A DNA stretch of 64,000 nucleotides from an uncultured Methanoregulaceae archaeon (GTDB taxonomy: Archaea; Halobacteriota; Methanomicrobia; Methanomicrobiales; Methanospirillaceae). Location: NCBI GenBank assembly GCA_963705255.1, contig OY970061.1, positions 1,216,001 to 1,280,000 on the forward strand. Direction: 5' to 3'. The notes below the pieces were generated by a model. The model searched no databases, had not been told where the DNA came from, and worked only from the letters and a program-made list of their open reading frames with translations. Position 1 is the first letter of the stretch, and the number at the start of each line of letters is the position of its first letter. Both the position numbers and the translations under genes were made by a program. This document shows, in pieces, positions 30,996-40,955 of the stretch.

Positions 30996-33139
30996 TGGCG
31001 AAAAAAAATCATTTTGCTTTTATCGTCGTCTGCTTCTGTCTCATTACGATATCGTTTTTCCTGAGCAGTCCCGCAGCTGCAACAGGTACCGCTTCTGTAG
31101 TCATTATAGGAAATATTGTTTATCCCCCTGTTGCCCTGTTCACCTCAGACGTAACAACGGGGGCCGCACCACTTTCCGTGCAGTTTACAGACCAGTCAAC
31201 GCACGTGCCGGCATCCTGGTACTGGGACTTCGGTGACGGCACGAATTCAACCGACCAGAACCCGGCGCACACCTATGCAAGCGGGATTTATACCGTCAAC
31301 CTGACCGTGACCAATGCCGCAGGAACATCCACAAATGTATCGGAGAAGTACATCACCGCCTTCGCCTCCCAGAAGACCGTGACCTACACCTCCACGGCGG
31401 GACTGACCGGGACAACTGCCGTTTCGCTCAACATCTCGCAATTTACTACATCCGGTGGGACCCAGTCCCTGTCAGGGAATGCCCTGACCCTGACCTATCC
31501 GTCCGGTTCGGCATTCAGCCAGATGACGATCAACCTGAACTCTGTAGATAATTCCAGTGGGAACATCGCCGGGACGGTCAGTTCCGTAGTACTGGAGACC
31601 ACCCCCATCACCGGTACGCTGCCCTCCACCGGGGAGAGCGAAAAACATTCCCTGAATATCCAGTTAAATTCACTTCCGCCAGCCGGAACACAGATCACCA
31701 CCACCGTTATCGAAGGCGCGGACACGAGCAGCAAGGATAAGTTCCAGACATTTGCAGCGTCCAATGGTCTTTCGCTGGTCGACACCAGCTTCGAACTGGT
31801 CGTCTCAGACAATATCCCCCCCTCGTCCATCGCAAATGCCGAGATCACCATGGAAGTTCCTGCATCCTGGTACAATACCTATGGTTCAAAGACCGTGAGA
31901 GTGATGCGGTCTCGACAGCGGGGGATCGGTCTCGATGCTTGACACGACATTTTCCGGGTTTGACGGGTCCAACGCTGTCTACACCGCACGCTCACCGTAC
32001 GGATTGTCCATATTCGCCATAATCTCGCTCCAGGGTTCGGCACCTCCTTCGCAGTCCCAGCCGTCATCGGGTTCCGGGAGCGGCACGGACTCCGGGATCG
32101 TGGTTCAGGTTGCCGGAAAAGGACCCCAGCAACCTGCCCAAATACCTCAGCCACAGGTTCAGCCGGTCCAACCCGTTCAGAAGCCGGAACAAGTACTTCC
32201 GGGGGGCAGGAGAAGAATCTGCTTGCCCCGGCAGAGGGTAGTCTGGTATCCCAGACCATCGATCTCTCCCCTTTCAGCCAGTATATGTACACGGATGCAT
32301 CCGGCAATCCGGGAGCAACAATCGACCGGAACAAAGCAGAGCAGTCAGGAGCCGTCATCTCCGTCTCCGGTAAAACCGTGGAGATCATCCGTCCTGCATT
32401 TACCCTGAGTATAACTGCAGGGAGAGTGACCGAGGCGAACGGGGTCATACAGGCAGATACTATCCAGTCCATCCTGCTCGCGACGACCCCTATTGAAGCC
32501 TACACGGGAGGGGCAGGGCAGGTTGCCGCATCCTTCACCGCAGGTCTTGCGTCGCTACCCCCGGATGCAGCGCTTACGACGACCGTTGCAGAACCGGTAA
32601 ACCCGGTTGTGGTCGAAGCATTCCAGCGTGCTGTTGCAAACGACGGGGACGAAATTCAGGCCATCGCCTATACACTGACCGTCCAGAAAACGAATATCGC
32701 GGCGACACTTCCTGCCAGGATAACGATGAGCATCCCCGCTGCATGGGTGACCGCCCACGGCGGCACCAGTTCCATCGTGATCGGAAGGATCGCCGACGAT
32801 CAGACATCCTCTGTCCTGAAAACCTCTTTTTCAGGATATGACCCGGACGGGAACATGAAATTTGTGGCGGATTCTCCTGCGGGACTCTCGGTATTCGGGC
32901 TCATTGCCACCAGGGGACCCCTCCAGGCCCGCGTAGGGCAGCCGGCATTCATGACCCTGATACTTGAGAACCCGGTCCTTTCAGCGATTCTGGGTGCAGT
33001 GAATTATACGGTCTACGCCATCGGGATAGCAGGAGTCGCGATCCTGATCATCCTCATCGTCGCGCTGGTAACCGGCTGCATTCTCTGGAGAGAACGAAGA
33101 ACGCAGAGAAGGAAACCGGACCAAAAGGATAAAAAGTGA
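30992..33139 (+). CDS. PKD plus two PGF-pre-PGF-like domains surface protein (frameshifts ~31910 and ~32205)
   Basis: ATGA overlap with upstream gene; [21 protein letters not shown]; domains ending [10 protein letters not shown] and [10 protein letters not shown]; C-terminal TM plus basic tail. Confidence 0.8.
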
Positions 33140-33283
33140 GAGTCTGATGAGGCGAAGCCGGGCCGGGTGGGTACATAAAGGCCCTCACCACGCTCCCGTT
33201 CAGCCGGCGATCCTCATAAAATAATTCTTTTTTCCCGCTTCCGCCTCTTCCGGATCTTCATGGTCCAGGAACGGACTTCCCCA

Positions 33284-33310
33284 GCTCGAAGAACCTGATG
33301 GTTCTTCTCC
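33284..33310. repeat. REP-like hairpin
   Basis: GCTCGAAGAACC-TGAT-GGTTCTTCTC, 26 bp identical to 52251-52276. Confidence 0.7.
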
Positions 33311-33380
33311 TGGCTCATCCCTGTAGGGATTCGCCACAAACAAGATATGCCCGGCGACAAAACTCTGTTCCGGAACGTTC

Positions 33381-34664
33381 ATGAGTGCCCGGATAGGGAT
33401 CCCCATTGTTGCAGCCATTCTTCTTGCCGCATGCCTCGCGGCTCCTGCAGCGGCACTGGTCCTTGCAACGGACTGGAAAGAGAGTTCTCCTACGGGAAGC
33501 CCGTTCTCCAGTGCCGCCATCTCCGCTGACGGATCAGAGGTCATCGGAGGGGGGAGCCTGCTGCTCTTCCGCACCTGGGAAGGGGACCGGCGCTGGGCCG
33601 GGCCGCCGGGGATGGTCACCGCCATGACCGCCGACGGGAATGAGATTGTCTGGACTTCCGGGCAGAGCCTTGACCTGGTCGACAGCAGCGACGCGACGCT
33701 CTGGATACAGGCGATGGGGGGGAATATCCGTGCAGCCGCGATCTCGGCAAACGGTTCATTCATCGTTGCTGCCGATGACAAAGGGACTATCATGTCCTGG
33801 GGGAGGAGCGGGGGATTCTTCGGGCGGAATACGACAGACCTGGTAAAAAGGATCGCCATCTCGCCGGCAGGGAACCTCGTGGTCGTTACGACTGAGGGGG
33901 GAGTGAGGTTCTATACTCCCGCACTCAATACGGTCTGGACTGACAACCGCTCCGGCAGCCTCGACGAATACATCGCGATCTCCTCCGACGGGTCCACCAT
34001 CATCACCGCCGGGGGCACCCGGCTCTCGTCCCACACCGCCAGCGGCGACCTCCGATGGCAGACTGAGGTGACAAAGGACGCGATCACCGACATCGCCTGC
34101 TCGGACGACTGCTCCACCATCATCGTCGGGAGCAGGGACGACACGGTCCTTGCCATCGACCGGTACGGGAAGACCCACTGGACGTACACGGCCGGGCACG
34201 GGATCACTGCGGTCGGGGCCTCGCAGGACGCATCGGTCATCGCCGCAGGAGGGATCGACGGCACCCTGTTCGTACTCGACCACGGGGGAGATCTCCTGGC
34301 GCAGAGGCAGACCGACACCATCATCCAGCCGCGGTCCATTGCCGTGAGCGGGGACGGGAGGAGGATCGTGGTTGCAGACGAGCATAACCTCTACGGGTTT
34401 GGGGCGGTCAGTGAGATGTCAGGTATCTCCGGGATGGAGACCTTCAGCCCCGCACCACTGAACCCGGTCCCGGAAACAACCCGGCTGGCGGGGGGGATCA
34501 CCACCGTTTCAGCGGCGGGTACCGAGGTTGCCTCAACGACTGGAGAGCAGGAAACAGTCGTTTCCCCCGTGACGAGCGGCACTCCCCAATCATCCCTATG
34601 CCCTGCAGGTATCCTCTTTGCTGCAGGAATCGCGTTCACCGTGGTGAGGCACCGGATGAAGTAA
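33381..34664 (+). CDS. secreted WD40/PQQ-like beta-propeller protein
   Basis: Signal peptide, repeated AISxDG blades with Trp, Thr-rich linker, C-terminal TM plus basic tail. Confidence 0.85.
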   Translation: MSARIGIPIVAAILLAACLAAPAAALVLATDWKESSPTGSPFSSAAISADGSEVIGGGSLLLFRTWEGDRRWAGPPGMVTAMTADGNEIVWTSGQSLDLVDSSDATLWIQAMGGNIRAAAISANGSFIVAADDKGTIMSWGRSGGFFGRNTTDLVKRIAISPAGNLVVVTTEGGVRFYTPALNTVWTDNRSGSLDEYIAISSDGSTIITAGGTRLSSHTASGDLRWQTEVTKDAITDIACSDDCSTIIVGSRDDTVLAIDRYGKTHWTYTAGHGITAVGASQDASVIAAGGIDGTLFVLDHGGDLLAQRQTDTIIQPRSIAVSGDGRRIVVADEHNLYGFGAVSEMSGISGMETFSPAPLNPVPETTRLAGGITTVSAAGTEVASTTGEQETVVSPVTSGTPQSSLCPAGILFAAGIAFTVVRHRMK

Positions 34665-34759
34665 TTTCTTAGATCTGCGAAAAAAGTGTTCAGGGGGTGG
34701 CCCCCAATATTCTCAGGCGGGGAAGTGGCGACCCTCTCTGGTCCGGCCCGGCCCCGGGC

Positions 34760-35077
34760 TTATTCTCCGGCCGTGCTCTTTGCCCGCTTCACGCGTTCCT
34801 TGGTGGAAAATCCGGTGATGGCATCGAGAAATTTCCGGAACCGCTTGTTGGTGTCGAGGATCACCTCATCGCCGGCATTCAGGTCGGACTCCGTGTCGAC
34901 GATGACCGATTTCCCGCCGGCACCAACGTTCACGTCGAGGCGTTTCAGGGCGCCTGCCTTTATCCGGTAGCCTTTTGCGGTCTTTTCCGGTTCCGCACCA
35001 AAACAGTTCTTCAGTTCGAAGACGACCCTCATCTCAAGGTCCCTGGTGAGCCCGCGCTTGATGGGATATTCTTGCAT
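34760..35077 (-). CDS. DUF5611-family protein
   Basis: MQEYPIKRG...FLDAITGFSTKERVKRAK pattern. Confidence 0.75.
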   Translation of the reverse strand: MQEYPIKRGLTRDLEMRVVFELKNCFGAEPEKTAKGYRIKAGALKRLDVNVGAGGKSVIVDTESDLNAGDEVILDTNKRFRKFLDAITGFSTKERVKRAKSTAGE

Positions 35078-35112
35078 AATACTTTTTTAGGTACTGGGTG
35101 TATGTTAATCTA

Positions 35113-35922
35113 ATGACCGCCGAATCAACTGAATATACCAAAAAGGTCCTGACGAGGCTCGACACTATCCATGAGGATCTCGCCGAGATAAAGCCGACCA
35201 GGGAACTCAATATCTTTTCAAAACCGCTTCCCGAAGAAGGGGCCGCAGTCCTCATGGGGTTCCCGGGGAGCGGGCTCGTCGGGACGATCGCACTGCAGTA
35301 CATGGTCGACCAGCTCGAGTTCGAACTGATCGGATCGATGACTTCCAAGTACTTCCCGCCCCTTGCGATGATGAACAAGGGGCTCATCAACGACCCGGTC
35401 CGCGTATACCTGAAAAAGAGCGGGGACCTGAATATTGCTGCCATCGTGGCCGATATCCCCATCGCCCCGATGATCTGTTACGAGATCTCAAACGGCATCC
35501 TCGAATGGCTCACCCCGTTCAAGCCGAGGGAGGTCCTCACGATCGCGGGGATCATCACCAACGAGCCGGAGAAGAGGGTCTTCGGTGTCGCCACCTCTCC
35601 CGATGCACTCCGGCGGATCCAGGAACATACCCTTGTCCTGCCGATCGGCAGCATCTCGGGGATCGCATCCAGCATCCTCACCGAGTGCAAGGCCCGGAAC
35701 ATCCCGGCGGTCGGCCTGCTGGGCGAGACGATCAATGCCCCCGACCCCCGTTCCTCGGCGGCCACCATCGAGGTGCTCAACAAGATGTACAACCTTGCGC
35801 TCGATGTCCAGCCGCTCATCGAGCAGGCGGTCGAGATAGAACAGAGCATGGGCAAGATCGCCGAGGAAGTGCAGCAGCAGGCAGAGTCGACCCCGAAAAA
35901 AGACCTTCCGATGTACGGGTGA
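35113..35922 (+). CDS. PAC2-family proteasome assembly chaperone
   Basis: GFPGSGLVGTIA and PDPRSSA motifs; C-terminal MYG (HbYX). Confidence 0.9.
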   Translation: MTAESTEYTKKVLTRLDTIHEDLAEIKPTRELNIFSKPLPEEGAAVLMGFPGSGLVGTIALQYMVDQLEFELIGSMTSKYFPPLAMMNKGLINDPVRVYLKKSGDLNIAAIVADIPIAPMICYEISNGILEWLTPFKPREVLTIAGIITNEPEKRVFGVATSPDALRRIQEHTLVLPIGSISGIASSILTECKARNIPAVGLLGETINAPDPRSSAATIEVLNKMYNLALDVQPLIEQAVEIEQSMGKIAEEVQQQAESTPKKDLPMYG

Positions 35923-35927
35923 TCGCG

Positions 35928-36326
35928 ATGAGATGTGCTGCGTTAACCGGTATCTCCCCGGATGTGATCACGGATCTCAAGTCGGGCAGGCCACGGACGG
36001 TCGAGCTGCAGAGTACCAACAACATCATCACCATTGCCGGGGTCGAGCCGGGCCCTGACACCCATATCTTCATGACTTCGATCGACATCGAAGACCTCTC
36101 CCCGGGCGATCCCGGTATCTGCGTGTACCTCCTCTCCACCAATATCACGATGAAACGGATCGTGGAGTTCTCCCACGGCCTCTATTACGAAGAGCGGGAG
36201 CGCATGTCGGCCCGGGTCCAGGTCAAGTACTGTTCATCATCCGTTGTCAAGCAGGTCTTTCACGAGGGGCTCACCAAACCCACGGGAGTGGAAGTCCTCA
36301 AGTCCTCGTGCTACCACGCCGGATAA
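35928..36326 (+). CDS. DUF473-family protein
   Basis: MRCAALTGIS...RTVELQS..N...EERE pattern; ATG 5 nt after the upstream stop. Confidence 0.75.
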   Translation: MRCAALTGISPDVITDLKSGRPRTVELQSTNNIITIAGVEPGPDTHIFMTSIDIEDLSPGDPGICVYLLSTNITMKRIVEFSHGLYYEERERMSARVQVKYCSSSVVKQVFHEGLTKPTGVEVLKSSCYHAG

Positions 36327-36351
36327 AAAACAGAAGTTTATTTTTTTACGG

Positions 36352-37244
36352 TTACTGCTTCCGGAGCAGCACGATCCCAATCCCGACTGCGCCGATAACT
36401 GCCATCGCATCAACGGGGGATGCCTGGGTGGGTGTGGCACTGGGCCAGGGAGTCGGGACTTTCAGCGTGGACGGTCTGGTGGTCCGGGCAGCCGTTACCG
36501 CCGGCGTGGGAATCGTCGTGAAAACCGTCGTTTCCGTATATTCTGCAGTCAGCTTCCGGTAAAAGTTCGTCGTGTTTCCCGGGGTCACGGTGGCCAGCCC
36601 GGAATAATCGATATACCCGTTCTTCTGCAGCCGGAACAGGTACGATCCCGGTGTGAGGTTGTACAGGGTAACATCCGTAATTCCCATATTTGTTGAGTTT
36701 ATGTATACCGCAGCCCCGACAGGATTTGTCTCGAAATAGATGCTCCCGTTCGTGACCGCCGACATCAGCTGGGCGGTCACCGACTGGGAAACCGAATTGA
36801 CGAGCACCGTCTGGGACCAGTCCGCATACCCGGTGAGCCTCATCAGCACGGTACGACTTCCGTAACTGACGGTAACCCCGGTCATGTTCGTTGTCCCCCT
36901 GCTTACGCCATCCACATACACGGTGGCTCCGGCGGGAATGGAAGAGAAGGAGACGGAACTGGTCAGGTTGGTAAGAGTGGCGGAAACCATGCTTGTCTGG
37001 TTGTCGTTGACCTGGAGATTTGCCTGGGTGTAATCCTGGTACCGGAAAGCTGTAACAATACCGTATGCGTTCCATAGGTAACATTTTCGACCGTGGCCGG
37101 AGTGATGCTGCCGGTGATGACGCCATCAAGATAGATCGTTGCCCCCGGAGGTGTTGAGGTGATGGAGATATTACCTACTGCCGCCGCTGCCACGGGCAAC
37201 ACGCCGAGCGTGAGGAGCAGGCCGAGTATAAGAACGGTTTTCAT
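36352..37244 (-). CDS. three-PEGA-domain surface protein (frameshift ~37043)
   Basis: Signal peptide, three S.P.GA..Y.DG/N PEGA repeats, T-rich linker, TM plus RKQ. Confidence 0.85.
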
Positions 37245-37418
37245 CGCGATACTTCCCATCATGGTGAGTTAATGGAAATACCTTATAAACGACGCTTAAT
37301 ATAATTTGCCAAATCTATCCGATACCGGAAAACGGATGGCAAAAAATTCAGGCGGTCGGGGAAGGACGGCAGGAAGCAGATTAATTATCCACGAGCACGA
37401 ATGTTATTGGCGTCACGT

Positions 37419-37493
37419 GGGCCTGTGGCTTAGCCTGGACATAGCGCCGGGCTTCTAACCCGGATGCCGGGGGTTCAAATCCCCCCAGGCCCG
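37419..37493 (+). tRNA. tRNA-Arg (TCT)
   Basis: Acceptor GGGCCTG/CAGGCCC, anticodon arm CCGGG-CTTCTAA-CCCGG, GGTTCAAATCC T-loop. Confidence 0.96.
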
Positions 37494-37524
37494 TCCTTTT
37501 TTCTGCCCGGTAAAAACAGTTGCT

Positions 37525-38711
37525 TTACCTCTTGTCCGCCAGGACTGCTATCCCGGGAAGAGTCTTTCCGGAGAGAAACCGGAGCGAGGCCCCTCCGCCG
37601 GTAGAGACGTGCGTCATCCTGCCGGCAAGCCCGAGCTGCGTTACGGCCTCTGCCGTGGACCCTCCCCCGATGACAGTTATGGCATCGAGGCCTGCCAGGA
37701 CCGTGGCGATGGATCTCGTTCCTGATGAGAACTGAGGGATCTCAAATACTCCCATCGGCCCGTTCCATGCCACGGTCCGGCATCTCCTGAGCTCCTGAGT
37801 GAACTCCAGAATGGTCAGGGGCCCGATATCCGCGATCCTGCAACCGGGGGGATCTGGTCAGACCTCACCACCAGGGCAGTCGCACCGCTCTCCGGTTTTT
37901 CAGCGACCACCACGTCTACCGGAAGCAGGACCCGTACACCAAGGGCCGCCGCTCTGCGCTGGATCGAACCGACCAGTTCCATCGTGCCGGGTTCCACAGC
38001 AGAGGTTCCGACATCCCACCCTCTGCCTTTCAGGAACGTGGCAGCCATCCCGCCACCTACAAGAATACAATCCGCCCGGGTAAGGATATTCTCCAGGATC
38101 CCGATCTTCTCTCCCACCTTTGCCCCGCCCATGATGACAGCAAAAGGGCGGGCAGGGTCCTCAAGGAGACTGCCCAGCATCACTATCTCCTTTTCCATGA
38201 GGAGCCCGGCTACGCAGGGGAGATAGGCTGCCACCCCCACTACGGATGCATGCGCCCGGTGGCTCGCGCCAAAGGCATCATTGACAGAGAGATCCGCCAG
38301 CCGGGAGAGCTCGCGGGCAAAACCAGGATCGTTCTCCTCTTCGCCCGGGTAAAACCTCAGGTTCTCCAGGAAGACGATCTCCCCGTCCTGCATTTCCGAG
38401 ACGGCCCGCATGACCCCGGGTCCAATCGCCTCCGACAGAGGTTCAACGGGTCTCTGCAGGAGCTCCGACAGGCGCCGGGCTACCGGTGCCAGCCGGAGGT
38501 GTTCGTCCACCCTGCCATGGGGTCTGCCAAGGTGCGAGCAGAGGATGACCCGGGCGCGGTGATCGATCAGCCAGGTGATCGTGGGGAGGCAGGCCCGGAT
38601 CCGGGTATCGTCTTCGATCCTGCCGTTCCGGTCCATGGGCACATTGAAATCGACCCTGACAAGCACCCGTTTCCCGCCAACCTCTTCATCCCTCACCGTC
38701 TTTTTCTGCAT
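37525..38711 (-). CDS. pgk: phosphoglycerate kinase (frameshift ~37845)
   Basis: [51 protein letters not shown]. Confidence 0.95.
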
Positions 38712-38977
38712 GGTCCAACCCCTGTTTCCTGAGAGTTCCTGATGGAAGCCCCGGGTCTCTTAACCACCGGTTGCTGAAAACGGGAATATATACCTATGTC
38801 AGGATAACCCGGTTTGGGGTGTGATCAACGGGAAATGACACTATACCGGTCCCTGACCGTGCAGGTACCCGGTGAACAACGGGGGTCGCCTGATCCGGAC
38901 ACTATCCGAAGGTCAGGCTCTAAAAATGGGACACGCGCCTAGCTAAAAAGGGAACAGGCTGCCGGAAAGAACCTGGG

Positions 38978-39454
38978 TTATACCTGGCCCTGCCCGTCGG
39001 CAGGCTGGCTGTCGATCGGTTTCTGCAGGATCTGGACATCGGCGATATTATGCTGGCGTGATGCCAGCTTCTTTGCCTTGAAGATGTTCTTGCCGTCCTT
39101 GCCGATTGCGATGCCGCGGTCCTCGTCCCTGACCTCGACGGTCGCAGTCTGCTGGTCGGGTTCTCCTTCGAACAGGATGGACGTGACCTGGGCAGGCAGG
39201 AAGCAGTTCTTGATGAACTGCTCGGGGTTATTGTTGTATTCCACGACTTCGATCTTCTTGCCCATGACTTCCGAGGCTTTCTTGATCGAAGCGCCTTTCT
39301 TGCCGATCGCAAGCCCCATGTCGCCGGGGTTGATCACGAAGATGAGCCGCGCGTTGCGATCGTCCACAACGCAGTCGCGGCTCCCCGCGCCGGTCAGGCT
39401 CTCGAACTGGGAGATGAGGCGCATGCAGTCTTCAGTCAGTTTCACTTCGACCAT
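38978..39454 (-). CDS. nusA: archaeal NusA (KH-only)
   Basis: Two IGKxG KH motifs; position after L30e. Confidence 0.93.
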   Translation of the reverse strand: MVEVKLTEDCMRLISQFESLTGAGSRDCVVDDRNARLIFVINPGDMGLAIGKKGASIKKASEVMGKKIEVVEYNNNPEQFIKNCFLPAQVTSILFEGEPDQQTATVEVRDEDRGIAIGKDGKNIFKAKKLASRQHNIADVQILQKPIDSQPADGQGQV

Positions 39455-39455
39455 A

Positions 39456-39746
39456 TCATGCCCTCTTCAGGGAGAGAATGTCTGACTCGCCAGGGCTCAC
39501 GATGGCAAGGGTACTCACCATGAACGGCTTCCCGCACGCCTTGCCGAGCGCTACGCTCGAGCCCTCGAAGGTATGGATGAAGAGGTTCCCGTGACCGGTA
39601 AGTTTGGAGGTGAAGGCTGCCGGGCAGTTGCCTGCAACGACAACCATCTGGGCTTTGCCCTCTTTTATGCATTTTTCCGTGTTGTTCTGGCCAAGGATTA
39701 CGTTTCCTGTCTTGATGGCTCTTCTAAGTGAAGCATTAAAATCCAT
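39456..39746 (-). CDS. rpl30e: 50S ribosomal protein L30e
   Basis: AIKTGNVILG, LGKACGKPF, PGESDIL. Confidence 0.95.
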   Translation of the reverse strand: MDFNASLRRAIKTGNVILGQNNTEKCIKEGKAQMVVVAGNCPAAFTSKLTGHGNLFIHTFEGSSVALGKACGKPFMVSTLAIVSPGESDILSLKRA

Positions 39747-39779
39747 TACAATTCCTCTGATTTTTCCGGGTTTAACGAT

Positions 39780-40955
<1,176 letters not shown>

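Noticed and set aside
33144-33165. Hammerhead-like CTGATGA-GGCGAAGCC
   Set aside because: The required GAAA after stem II is absent (GGGC follows) and I could not build stems I and III
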